This document shows, one piece after another, positions 13,102-26,400 of a DNA stretch of 64,000 nt (positions are counted from its first letter, which is position 1; every line of letters begins with the position of its first letter). The notes beneath the pieces were generated by a model. That model saw only the letters and a program-made list of their open reading frames with translations, was not told the DNA's origin and did no database searches. The translations under genes were made by a program, and so were the position numbers. This DNA is from Utricularia gibba (lineage: Eukaryota; Plantae; Magnoliophyta): contig NEEC01000026.1 of assembly GCA_002189035.1 (NCBI GenBank), positions 124,001 through 188,000 of the forward strand. Direction: 5' to 3'.

Positions 13102-14249
13102 TGATGGTAATTCTGCAAGTGTACATAAACCGTCGAAGTAATAAAATAAGATCGTATCCACAGGGAATTGTTATTGGAATATTCTTTTCAAAACAAAAAT
13201 TTAAAAAGATTGAAAAATAAAAGAAAGATTTGGTTTTAAAGACAATAAAAAAATGGCATTGGATCAAGGATCCATCTTACTTGAAACTCGTCCCTTGCGT
13301 GTGTGCAAACCTTGAAGATTGATCTGCTTGTGCAAGCTCTGGGGGTGTTATGCTAAAGTAGTGCTACTCGGTGACCGTTATAGCACCGTCCCTTGTTTTG
13401 TGGGATTTTGGAATCAACCACGCCACTAGACCCATTTCACCTCTTGAGATAACCCATGTTTTCCCCACACCCAAATCTAACCCCTACACCTCATACCTCG
13501 TAGACAGATTAGATAGAATGTGCCTTACCAACGATGTCCGATTGAGCCCTTCTCCTTAGGTGCTTGAGGCCAACCTTTGATTATCTCACACTCCCTTCGG
13601 GTTATGTGCTACTGAAGAGCATGTTGGTAAAGAAAAAGTTGCAAAAAACAGAATCAAACCTCAAATTAAATGCCAAAAAACATAGTAAAACAGTCACACG
13701 TGCAGGACTTGCGCAAGCAAGGCTTCACCGCAGATCCTCAGCTGCAAGCGCCTACACGCGCACACTTGACTCAAACATGAAAATAGACACGAAAATAGGA
13801 AAGATTAAAAGGGAAAGTAGTCAAAGACATTTCTAATGGTTGAGAGGGTGGGGTATTTATAGGAGAGTCAATCCAAGTCTTCGTATTGAGCTTATTTGAT
13901 GGGTTTAGATAAGATCTTCTATCCAAATCTTTTATTCAAATATTAAAAAATCATCTTTATATCTCTATCTTATCCACGAATCTTGGACCAAATCTTCATC
14001 GGTTGACCGAGTCTTAGTTTGAGATTCGTGGTCCATCAAGTCCATAATTTGGTGGGTCTTGATTTCTCCTCAAATTGATCCAAAAGTACTCTAAAAATCC
14101 ACAAAATACACTTTTTCTCCAAAAAGATCATAGTGTGAAAGATGCAAAATCAATTGAGAATAATGAGAAAGTGGAGTCTAAGATAAGTAAAAACAACACT
14201 CAAGAGTAGTGGAATAACATGTTTTGGAATGACACAAAATCACTTATCA
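13102..14249 (-). mobile_element. Athila-like solo LTR (family A)
   Basis: TG...CA ends (minus strand starts TGATAAGTG). TSD TCTAT/ACTAT. The host Angela LTR resumes seamlessly (ctat|aaggtcacacac) compared with the uninterrupted copy at about 4310-4330. Confidence 0.85.
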
Positions 14250-14554
14250 ACTATAAGGTCACACACAATAGTGAAGTCACTTATCAATATAAAATAGAAT
14301 GACATAATTACATGAGATATAATTGGTAAAGTGGATAAATTAAATAGATAGTTATTTTGAGATGAATATTTATTAAACTCAAAATAAAAGATCTGATATA
14401 GATAATATTTGGAACATATATGTATCTCCACAAGATAAGATCATTACAGAGATATGATTTGATATGTTACCAAATATCTATCAGAAAGATTTGACTCGCA
14501 AAGATTTTCATATCTTTGTTCTCTCTTAGATTTATCTATGTTAGATTTTATACC

Positions 14555-15709
14555 TCATAACACATAGTTTTGGGTGATTGAGTACATAGAAATTACTCAT
14601 ATTGTGCTACAAAAATTAAGTTTTACTGTCTAGTTCTATATTTTTACGCATAAGTACCATAGTTGTGTTATTTTAGTCTTAGTTGGGACTAAATCTCCAA
14701 CTTAGTCCCAACCTTCTAATAGTTTCCTCCGAGCAATGCAACACATGTCGATAGCACAAATCCTAAGGAGCCGAATATGAACAATGTAGTGGCAGAGGAT
14801 GAGGTAGAAGTCTTAAAATGAGTACACACAAAATCTAAGGAGGAGAAAAAGAGAGATTTTGGGACAAAATGGTGGGACAAGATGGAGAGAGAGGGCAGAT
14901 CTCCCCCATTGGAGACTCACGACATTTTTTTTTCTAGAGAATTTTCTGGGGTGGAAGAAGGGATGACGACCCTGAAGAACCTATTTGTTCTTGACGCATA
15001 CTGTTCCTAGCTAAGACTAGTTTTAGATTTACTGCATGAACAATTTGTCCTTTCTATTTCTGTTATGCACTGCTTGTTGTTTAACTTTGAAACCAGAATG
15101 TTGCTTAGGATATGCTATGAAAACGTTTTCTTTTCCCTTGTTATGAGTGGCTAAGCACTAAGGGGATGCCTTGAGGTGAAAGAGAGAGAAATGTGCTAAT
15201 CAATCTTAGATCTAATCAACCCATAGGTCACACCACTTCCTTAACAAACCAGGATAGATTTAGGAGGGGGAAGCAATGAAACCCATCTTAACAACCCTAA
15301 TTAGAGGTAGACCAAAGATTAGGGGGAAAACAAGAGTCCGGGTAGATCTAGACCTTGTGAGTTAGTTGTTTGATTTATGGTTTGTATGAGCTTGTATAGT
15401 GATGAGCATACATCCTCTAGGAGTCCCAAGGTATCACCCATTTCATTTCAGGAACAACCAAGTTCATAACTTGTTATTTTTCCTTACTGCATTTTATCGC
15501 AACTCTACCTTAGTCTTAGTTAAGATCAAATCTACCAATGTGACACTGATTGCATGCATTGACTAATCACATGACAAGCACCTGCTCTTCTTATTTGACC
15601 CTAATCACTATGCTCATAATTGTATTATGCTTGAATGTGTATTAGGTTATAAATTTATTTGATAGGAGAAATTTGCATTTAACGGCATTGCTAAATTTTT
15701 CGTTTATCA
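14555..15709 (+). mobile_element. Athila-like solo LTR (family B)
   Basis: Exact TSD ATACC at 14550-14554 and 15710-15714. Termini TCATAAC...TTTATCA. Confidence 0.82.
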
Positions 15710-16382
15710 ATACCTAACAACTAGGTGTCAAGGGTGGGCAAAGAAGCACTGGAGGCAACGGTGTGAAGGTTTTCCACTTGCGGGACAAGAAGCAATTGTA
15801 GAATGTCAGCTTCAACCTATGCCACTAGCAACATTTCATTGGAACAGGGCCTAGGGTTAGCAACAAAGGGTGTGGTGGCAGATTGGGGGAAAAACTAAAT
15901 AGTATTTGGTGCACCGGAGGGTGAAGTGAAAGGCACAGAGGCTGCCGAAACAAGTGGGTGGTCAAGGGTGATCGGCAGCACGGTGGTGGAGTCAGAGAAA
16001 GGGGCAGTTGCCATGCTTGGGATGCACAACAGTTCTGGGAGACGTGAAAAGAATGGGTGATGATGAGACACAAAGGGTAAAGTAGCTATTAGGAAAGATT
16101 TTCCTACCCTTTTTAAAATAAAAGCACTAATACCTGTGTAGACATAAAGAATAATAAATAAAAATGCAACTACATAGGATAGGACACAATTTTACAGAGA
16201 CCCAATAGTGGTTTGAAGTACCGACAAAACAACAAATTGCAACCGCACATAAGGAAAAAGTTATAAAGGAAATTGCAGAAAGAGAATAATAGTACAGAAA
16301 GAAAATAATGGAGATAAATACCAATTACCTCTTAGCGAGGACCCTAGAATGAGTCTTAAGGAAAGATTAAAGTTCAAGTCAC

Positions 16383-19300
16383 TTAGAGAGGACTTTCTGT
16401 GAATGCCACAACATCCACAAGGCGCCCAATTTCATCGACCATTAATACGTGAAAGACTTTCAATTGGTGACCATTCACAGTGAATGAGCTATGCATGTCT
16501 CTATCAAACAACTCAATGGAATCATTAGGATTCACACTTTTAATCACAAAAGGTTCCTCCCAATTACTTGGGTGAAGTTTGAGTTTTGACTTACACAACA
16601 ATACCTTTTTGTCAGGCTCAAAGTGCTTTCGCAAAATCTAGTGGTCATGGAATTGCTTCGAGCTTCCTTGAGGATCTTAGATTTCATGTAGTCCTCATGT
16701 CGCGATTCATAAAGCTCTAAAAGTTGGAGCTTTCTCAAATCACCATTGCATTGTATCTCAAAGTTCACTCATAGGATCACTCATCTGGTGTGCTGCTCTA
16801 ACTGAATGGGAAAATGACAGTGTTTACCAGGCACAAGGTGAAAAGCAAACATATCAATTAGGGTTTTGAAGGTTGTGCGAATTGCCCACAAGGTGTCATT
16901 CAGCTTGAAGCTCCAATCTTTCCGAGTGGAAGTCATAGTGTTCTCCATAATTTGCTTGATCTCTTGATTGGAAACTTCTGCCTACTCATTGGTCTAAGGG
17001 TGGTAAGAGTTAGATGGTTTATACTAGACTTCATAGCTTTTCAACAATCTCTCCATAGCCTTGTTGAAGAAATGGGTCCCACGATCACTTATCAAGGCTT
17101 TGAGTGTTTTAAACCTCACAAAGATGTTTTTCTTCAAAAAGCACATTACTAAATGTTTGTCTTATCCACATTGAAACATAGTCCATTGCCACCAAGATGT
17201 ACTCATACCCATGAGTTTGAAAAGGGGCTCATAAAATCTATGCCCCACACATCGGACACTTCTTGAACAACAATTAGCTACATTGGCATTTCATGGGGGG
17301 GTTTGAGATGTTCTGATGCACTACCAATGGGGAATTAACAAAATATCTGCTAGATAACGCACAAGAACAATAATAAAGGCTCACAGGCCTGAGTCACAAC
17401 AACTATCACGATAGGCAACTGATTCAACAATCCTCAAAGTGTACAACTGAAAACTAACAAATGGGAAAATCGATAGCTGGAATTACAATAACCTAGTTAA
17501 CTAACAAGAACAAGGGTGGATGGTGCCCTTTTGTAGCCGACTCAAACCTGCAACAATCAGTAAATCAGGTCGAATCCTAGCCTTCCCTCCAAGCACCTAG
17601 CGACGGAGTGAAGGGTTTGACAAAAAAGCTCTGAATCCGAAAAACTGCCCATCCCGCTTTGGCAGGCAGTGACAAAACACTGCTGTCCGAGCTTGGGTCA
17701 CCATGCAACAGAAGCGCTTGGGCCGGCCCGCTACATGCATCATGCTCCCTATTCATTGATAGTTTTCGCAGCTCTTACAGTAAGACTTGGCATCCTTGAA
17801 AATGGTTGGCCAATTGTAACCGCAATCCAACAACTTCTTGGTTGTACTATTAGTACCATGGTTCCCTCCACAAGGAGATGCATGGTAGAATGCCAGCACT
17901 TGGTGAATGTCATCTTCGACCAAGCATTGTTGCACTACACCATTAGCACAATTTTTCCACAGATAGGGATCATACCAAAAATAATGTTTACTATTACTTT
18001 TCGACTTCAACTTCTCATAGCTTTTTAAGTCCAATGCCATCTCTCCAATGCACATGTAGTTGGCAATGCCAGCATACCATGGCTCATTAGTCTTCCCTGC
18101 ATTAGCTTGAATTGCACAGAGTTGTTCATTTGAAAATTATTTATCAATTGGTACACCATCCATAGGCTGCCTGATTCTACTGAGGTGGTCTGCAACTTCA
18201 TTGAGCTTCCTAGGCTTATCCCTGATTTCCACATTGAACTCTTGCAACAACAAGATCCACCTCAAAAACCTTGGTTTGGTTTCCTTCTTGAACATGAGGT
18301 GTCTGATAGCAGCATGGTCTATGTGCACAATCACTTGATTACCCAATAGATAGCTTCTGAACTTCTCCAATGCAAACACAATAGCTAACATCCCTTTCTT
18401 GGTGGTAGTGTGTAATTCGCTTGAGCACTATCCAATGTTTTAGAGGCATAGCCAATAACAATATCTTTTCCATCAAGCTTTTGGTCCAACACAGCTCTTA
18501 CTACATACTTGGAAGCATCATTCATCACATAGAATGGCTCATTCTAATTGAGTGCTTGTATGATAGGAGCTGAAGTAACAACCTTTTTGAAGTGTCAAAG
18601 TGTGCTTACACTCATTTGCAAAAAAAAAAAAAAAAAAATCAATATCCTTTTGTAATAAGTTAGACAATAGTCTAGCAATCTGAGAAAATTCTTTGATAAC
18701 CCTCATGTAAAATCCCACATGGCCTAGAAATGCACAAAAACCTCTTTCATCATGTAGATAAGGTAAACCAAAAATAGTATTTACCTTAGTAGGATCTACT
18801 GTAAGACTTGTTGCAGAAACAGCATGCCCGAGTACAATTCCTTGATGTACTATGAAATGGCACTTTTCAAAGTTCAACACAAAATCTTTATGGACACAAC
18901 ATTTCAAAACAAGTTTCAAATGATTAAAACAATCATCAAAACTAGTCCCATGCACAATAAAGTCATCCATAAACACTTCTATGAAATCATCAATATAATC
19001 CGAAAAAATGCTGGTGACACACCTTTGAAACATCACTGGGGCGTTGCAAAGTCCAAACAACATTTTTTTTGTATGCATAGGTTCCAAAAGGGCAGGTAAA
19101 AGTCGTCTTTTCTTGAACGTCCAATGCCACAACAACCTGGTTATACCTTGAATACTCATCAAGAAAGCAATGAAAACTCTTACCACTCAACCTATCCAAC
19201 ATTTGGTAAACGAAGGGCAGAGGGTAGTCATCCTTGTTACTTCGTTCAACTTACTGTAGTCAACGCACACCCTCAAGTCATTCTAAACTCACGTCGCCAC

Positions 19301-20963
19301 CTTCTTCCCATCAGCATCTTCAACAACTATAATAATCTCTTTATTGAGTCAGGTAGGCAAAGACTTGAGCACTGACTTTAATAACCTCTTCATTCATGCT
19401 CTTCCTTTTCGAACTACACAAATCCTTCAACACTTTCATCTCTTTTGGCACTTGCCTCAAATAATCCACAACCTTCATGGTGATCATGGCAGAATTTAAG
19501 GCTGAGATTAGAGAATCCTTTTCTTCTTGATTTGCTCGAGCTTATAACCTTTCAGCAAAGGAAGATGTTTTCTTGATATCAACAACAGGTTCCCCTGCTG
19601 CTTTCCCTTTCTGCCCCTTTCCTCAAAATTAAATTCAGCACCTTCCACCACTTTACTCAAACGGGTAGGAGCTTTTCTATCAAGTAGTTGCTTCCCACAA
19701 TGGAGTTCAATAGCAAAAACATTAGCTTTTGGATTAGTATTTGGCTGAGATGGTAGTTTTCCTGAATTGCCTTTCAGTTTGGTAAGTTTAGTAGCAAATT
19801 AGCCAATTAGCCTCTCAAGACTCTACATCATGTTCTGGGATTCAGCATCTCTTTTTTCTTGTACAGCATCACATCTAGCCATGGTTTCCAACATCATCTT
19901 CAGCATTTCTTAAGCTGAAGGGGGAGGTTTAGCATCTTAAGTGCTTGGCTGGTCGACCCTCTTATATGGGGATTGATAAGACTTACTTGGGTATCTAATC
20001 CCTATTGAACACTCTGTCCTGGCTGAAACGAAATTGATTGTGCTGCTTCCTATTGCGGTCAAGTAAACCTAAGGTATTGCAGATTTTCAAGGTTGTTGCT
20101 TCTGCAACTAAAATTGGGATGACTCTTCGTACATTGGACATTCTTGGGCTTGAAATAATCAGCTTTGCTGTTCGTGTACCCCATGGCATTTACTCCTTTA
20201 AGTGGTATTTCCAGGTTTCCTTTCATGGAGAATTGATTAGTAGTGTGTCCAAGAATTCCAAAGACTTCCCAAGGCATTGATTTGGCATGAACAAGAAAGA
20301 AACCCTTCTCCATATCCTTGTCATTTCTTGCTGCTTCATCTTCTCTCAATACCCCCATTTTGTTCACTTGTTAGTGGGCTCAAGATCTAAATTGAGAATG
20401 TCTGGAATGTCCAACTATTTCCTTGATTTTCCGCCATACACCCATGATGTGGGCTGCTGGAAAGAAGAATATGCAATCTGTCCCAATACTTGTGCAAAGG
20501 CTCATCATAATCTTGAAAAATATTTTCAATCTTATTGCTAATTTCATAAGCTCTTGAGGTAGGGAAAAATTGATTCAAAAATGTTTTCTTCAATTCCATC
20601 CAACTTCTTATACTTCCCTGTTTCAAGTATATTAAACCAAGTCTTGGCATGCCTTCAAGAGTGAATTGGAAGACATGGAGTAGCAAGTCATCCTCAGTCA
20701 CTTCTTGGGTCTTAGCAAAGCTCCTATAGCGATACAATGATCGATGTGCATATGGGGATCCCCATTCTTGTTCCATAATACTTAGGAAACAGAGCAAGAG
20801 TTCTCGGCCTCAACTCCAAATTAATTGTTGTGGAAGGGAAGACTATGGAATGTCCTTGGTAAGTATGGTCCGATGACTCATACTCTCCAATTGTCTTCTC
20901 CAAAATATTCACAAGTTGTTGGTTATTTGGTGGGTTATTAGCCATCTCTATGGCTCTCAACAT
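16383..20963 (-). pseudogene. Athila gag-pol remnant (gag, protease, RT, RNase H, integrase)
   Basis: gag: LLLHVFQFTLEG...SIRSWMELKKTFLNQFFP. RT: FGLCNAP..FQRC...EVFMDDF, LNFEKCHF. RH: [17 protein letters not shown]...[13 protein letters not shown]: H.SPCGGNHG, WEEPFVIKSV...VNGHQLK. Many stops and frameshifts. Confidence 0.95.
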
Positions 20964-21095
20964 AGCCTTTTGATAATGTTGTTTGCATTTCTTTTTGAAT
21001 AATTTGCTGTCATCTCGATCTCCAAATTTTGAGGTTCAAGTGGACCCGCAAAAGACCGTAAAATCATTAACAACACAGAAATTAACACACATCAT

Positions 21096-21113
21096 TCCCT
21101 GGCAATGGTGCCC
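21096..21113 (-). other. Primer-binding site (tRNA-Asp type) of the Athila element
   Basis: Minus strand GGGCACCATTGCCAGGGA versus the usual Athila PBS TGGCGCCGTTGCCGGGGA. It lies a few bases from the LTR end at 21121. Confidence 0.75.
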
Positions 21114-21662
21114 TTTTTTATGAACGTTGTACTAAATCTCATGGTGTAGCATCTTCAACGCATCAAAAGAAATTTATAAACCTAGCTATTCTACTACACA
21201 AATCATAGAAATTAATATAGTGTAGCAGGCAAGGGTCGAATCCATTGGAAATAGTTGCCATTTCTTGAAGTCCTTTACATTTACTGAAAAACAAGGGGGC
21301 AGGGGGTTTCTAGTAGTTCAGTTCTTATGCATGTAGGACATAAAATAATAGCAATTGAAATAAACATTGTTGTAGGGGTGAGTGAGCACAAAAAATAAAA
21401 TCAATGCAAAGAAAACGGAAAGTGGAGGTGATTTGGCTTGGTTTTACACCAGGATGTAGCTCTCACTTTGTCACTCAAGAGAGTTCTTAGGCTTAAATCC
21501 ACCTTTATGAATCTTGACAGATTCATTAGCTAAAATTACATCCACAAGAAGTTTCTCATCAATAACTAAGCATCATAATAGCAAGGAAAAATACAAAAAT
21601 GTGAGAACAAGTTCAACGTTAGAAACGGAAATGCAAAAAAGAGAAAATAAAATGTCGGATGG

Positions 21663-22891
21663 TGATAAACGGAAATTTTAGCAATATCGTTGCAATAAAA
21701 CCAAATTTTCACCTCAAATAAATTTATAAGCCCTAATCTATACAAAATACAAATTTAGAAAACTTGTATAGTGGATGTCGAGATCGATCACAAAGGAGCT
21801 TGTGCTTGCTAAGTGTTTTAGTAAATGCAGAATTCTGAATAACAGTAGATCTTAGTCTAAGCTCGGACTAGTAGTGGCAAGTATGTTCAGTAAACGAAAT
21901 CAAGTTTCAATGCGAAAGGTAACAAGTACTGGTTCTAATTTAGAATAATAAGAAGACGCCTTAAGGGTCTACAGGTGGTGTGGTGCCAAAATTCCAAATT
22001 TAATCTACCATGTTCCTACACTCACAACTTCAAATAACCTAAGTCTATCTAGGTCAATCATCATATTTTCGGCTAAGGTAGTCCCCCATATCATCACCAA
22101 CATTGCAATTAGGTCAACCTGCATGCAAAGCATATAGAACTAGGTCTACCCGGTTCTACTGGTTCTACCCTGGACTAACACCTACTGCTCCCGTTTTGGT
22201 TTGTTGGTCTACCTCTAAATCAAGCATCTAAGTTGTGAAGAATATCGTGAAATGACGAAAATGTGAAGAATATCGTGAAAGAGTTGGTTGCAGAAACTAA
22301 AAAACATCAACAAACGAAAGTAAAATAGTAGAGTTCTAGTTTCCGTGTGCTAATGTTCACAGGCTAAAACAGTAGTGCTGAACTAGATCTTGATCTTTTT
22401 CCTTCACATTGGAGACTCTTCTCCAGAAAATCCTGCTTCTCCTCCTTCTGGTTTCGTATTCTTCATGTTGGAATTGGGGGAGAAAACCCATCATGTGTGC
22501 TGCAAACTCTGGTCGAACCCTCTTTGCGACTCTCTCTCCTCCGTTTTTTTCTCTATCTCGCACTTCCCAAAGCAAGTTCAATCTCTGACAGCTCTGTTGC
22601 TCCTGCCCCTGACTTGCGGATTGACGCCACGATAGTGTACTCATTGCTCCCTGCTGCATGGTGACTTGCACGAAATCCTTGACTTTTCCATGATCTTTGG
22701 GTTGCAACTAGACTCAAAATCGGATTAGAACATGGGGTGGACTAAATCAAAGGATTTAGCCCACTAATATACCAAAAATTACATTTTCTCTAATCATATA
22801 AAAATATTTAAAACTATAAAATTAACAACTATACATAATTAAAAATTTATGATTTTCATATCATAAAAGTAGGAAAATTTGTGTGCTATTA
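21663..22891 (-). mobile_element. Athila-like solo LTR (family B) inserted in the host 5' LTR
   Basis: Exact TSD GATGG at 21658-21662 and 22892-22896. The left end TGATAAACGGAAATTTTAGCAAT matches the reverse complement of the 15709 end. Confidence 0.85.
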
Positions 22892-23480
22892 GATGGTTGC
22901 TGTCAGTTGTTCACCAGAGAACCACCGTTCTCCACGATTCACACTCCTCTTGCTTGTTCTATCTCCTTCTTCCTCTTTTGTTTTCCACCTCAAAAGAAGG
23001 ATATCTCCATCTTTTCCATGAATTTCTAGAAGGAAGATCTTTGCTCCAGATCTCATCTTTTCAGAAGGCAGCTGCTTTCGATGAAAGGTAACCTTTCCTT
23101 GGCTTTTTTGCCCCTTTTGACTTCTCATTGTGGAAAATGTGCTGCCAATACTAACTCCTACCCTATTAAGACTAATATGCAGATTGGAAAGAAACATTAG
23201 AGTTTTCAACTCAATTATTGCCAATTGAGCCTATTGTAACAATAAACATATTCCTACCAACTAAATGCACAAAAGGAAACAATTGCATATACAAAACAAC
23301 ATTTTACCACACAAAAAGATCCTAAAAAAACATACAAAAACACAATAAAAATAGTGTTAATTAGAGAAACGTAAAACACAAAGTATAAGTGTCAATTAAA
23401 GAGAGTTATGTTTTGTGAAAAGTATTTTTTGCTAACCTATTACAAATCATTACGGGTTTGTAAAAAGCTTTTAAATACTG

Positions 23481-26400
23481 TGTTAAGGTCATAAATCGAT
23501 TTGATTGGGTTAACCGATTCCTCAGTTGCAGATGGAGCTTGATGGAATCTGGTCGCGATATGCCAATTTTAAGGAGATGATGAGAACAAGAGAAATATAA
23601 AGGACACAAAGGTTTTTATGTGGAAAAACCCGTGAGACAGAAAAACTACGGAGGTGTCAGAGCTCACCGGAAAATGATTTCACTAACAAAGGGGAAAAGA
23701 GAGATACAAATTGGAATATAGAGAGTTCAACCTTTTCTTCTTCACATTCCCTTATATTTATAGAAGAGGTCGATCCGACCAAGTTCTGAATCTTGCGAAT
23801 GTCAGCTACTTTTTGCACCTTTCAACCATATTGTGGTTTCGTTGATTGATAATTGCTACTCACTCTGACATCCCTATAACTCAGCTACTCTTTCAGAACT
23901 GCAAAATGGCCGCCGTTGTCAAGTTCTGACACTTATCGGTCTACCGGCCTAAGTTCGTAAGTAACCTCTAGGTGTGTCTCCATGCAACGTATGTCGATTT
24001 AGCACCCATCATTCAGCCCCTTTGATTTCTCGAATCTAACGCTTATGCAAGATCCGCTAATCAAAAGCAATTGAACCCATCATTTATCCCAATTAAAGGG
24101 TCACCGATTTACTCCATCGTGCCTCTTCGGGTGCCTAGCATTCTCTCTTCGCCACGTGTTGTCCTTAGATGTTGACACGTTTTCCCGCTCAAACTTTTGC
24201 ACTCTAATCATCGCGTCGCTTTGTCTTCCGAATCGCCCCTCTATAAATAAGCGCTCCTTTGGTCAGTTTCCACTTTTGCTCCTTATTGCTCATGAGATTT
24301 CTAGGCAATTCTTCTCTTTTCTGTTTTCTACAATTGAGATGGGTAGGAAGTCTAGTGAATTGAACATTTCTGCCATTTGGTCTAAGTACTCGATCTCAGA
24401 TGAGTACATAATTACTCGGGCTAGGGATTCCTAAATACCCTGGGGGCTGGAGAAAAACCACTTCCCCGTTTCAGCCTCCCCGTCCCCATCGTCTACTTGG
24501 AAAGCACCCTCCGATTTCCTCTCCATCCTCTCATTGTTCAATTTCTAAATATGTTTGCCATATCGCTTCACTGCCTCGCACTGAATTTGATTTTCTACTT
24601 TACCACCTTTTTATTTTACTTGGGCGGCATGGATCTGATCATTACCATGGTGGATTTCTTCCAACTTTTCAAAGTTGCGATCTGAAAGGCTAAACCAACG
24701 ATGCACGAGTTAGCCCACTTTCAATTTCATTGATTGGAGGACCATCCCGATTTTGTTGTCAAACCCTCTGATACTCACCACAACTGGTGGTCTTCTTTCA
24801 TTTAGGTTGCTCATCCCATAAAGGCTAGATGGAATTTTTTGATTGAGCCCCCTACCCCTTTCAAGGTAAAACCATTTGGAGGCTCAGAGAGTGCATAGTT
24901 AGATTCGAATCCCAAGCCTCACTGCTTTAACGGGAGGAATCGGGTGGACAGTGGTCCAATTTTATCATCCCCTCGGCTCTGAGTTAGAATATCGGCATCT
25001 TCTTCAATCTCCACCCAATATTCCTTCCAACTCGACTGCTCATTCCTCCTCTAACCTGGTAATTCCTGTTTCCTCCAACCCAGTTCCCAAGCCCTTTGTT
25101 CAGCCGCAAGCTCCAAAGAAAGAGAAAAAGGTCAAGGTTTGTGCCCACAAACCTCCCAAAAAATAGAAAGTACTCGGCCCCCATTCTCTCTTGGTGGATA
25201 TCTTTAGTATTTTTCACCATCTTCACATTTCGCCCTATAGTTGACAAGATGGCCAGGAGAACGGGATTGGAGGCTTTTGTTGTGACGTGTTTTTATGCCG
25301 AGATGCGCCAGATCTAGGAACTAGAATCGGATGTGGTTCCCTCCTTGCAGGTTATTCTTCAACAAGCATCACTTCTGATTTTCGTACTCTTATCTTTTAG
25401 ATGACTTCCCTTTGCAAGCTGATTCTCTAGGGGTTCAATATGACAATCTCAACTATCTCTTTGAGGGAGATAAGGGGATCTAGATCTCTAAGGATTAGGT
25501 GCAAACTCCACCTCTACCTATTGGAAAAGGAAAAGAGAAGATTTTGCCCTCGCCAAAAGCTACAAAGACTTCAATTCCCGAAGTGCCCATCCAATCAACC
25601 GCACTTCCACATTGAGGTCTCAAATCGGTGTGCCAGGGGGTGCAGCATGCACATCGATTTCAATCCCAGCTGAACATAGACCTATCCTAAGGGGCTGTCC
25701 CGAATTTTCCAACCCTCCAACTAGAAAGAGTACTTAATGGGATATGGGCAGTATGGTCTCTCTGTCCTTCCGGTACCGAACATATTTAGTTTCTAAGCCG
25801 GTTATCATTCAACCTCTAGGGTTTCACTCTTGGCTGGAGTTTTCTCAAAGAATTTGGCTCCCTCACCGAGAAGGTCTCCATGCTCCATGCTGCTATTGCT
25901 GCCCAAGACGCCAAGATTGAGCTTATGGAGGATGAGGAGCACTCCCTGAGGGTCTCTAGGCAAACGGACTAGGCATGAGGCAGAGCTGGAGAAGGTAGTG
26001 GAGGAGATGGGGAAAGCCATTGACAATGCTACTTCTGAGAAGGAGGCCTTTAAGGTCAAGTTTGAGGAAATCAATTCAATGCTGTCACAAGCAAAGGATT
26101 GCGTCTCCACATTAGAGGCCGAGTTATGTGATCAAGAGGCTTTCCGAAAAAGGATTTTGGACGACTTTGTCACCTCATCCAGCTTCTTTGAGCTTTCGGA
26201 CATGTATGCTGGTGACCTCATCAGTATGCTTCTTTATCGGAAAATGCACCAGATTACCCACGAGTTCGAGCTCTCATAACCGATCCTCGTATTGTCGAGA
26301 TCAACCCCCTAAAGAAGGATGAGAACATGTGGGAAGTTATCTTGGATGCATTTGATGCTCCTGAATTCGAGTTTGGGGCACATTTGGAGCATCTGAAGAC

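Larger units (their letters stand above)
12196..15719 (+). mobile_element. Copia Angela-like solo LTR (second copy, internally deleted) hosting two further solo LTRs
   Basis: TGTTAG...CTAACA termini once the nested inserts are removed. TSD GCTGG/ACTAG (two G/A transitions). 12196-13101 plus 14255-14530 align to 3369-4530. Confidence 0.72.
10392..23408 (-). mobile_element. Athila-like Ty3/gypsy retrotransposon, near full-length, decayed, with four nested insertions
   Basis: Minus-strand order: 5' LTR (about 23408-21121), tRNA-Asp-type PBS, gag-PR-RT-RH-INT, extra ORF, truncated 3' LTR (10545-10392, homologous to about 23200-23360). Outer boundaries approximate. Confidence 0.8.

Noticed and set aside
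17560-21250. tRNA genes suggested by GGTCGAATCC motifs at about 17570 and 21235
   Set aside because: They lie inside retroelement sequence, with no cloverleaf or A-box.
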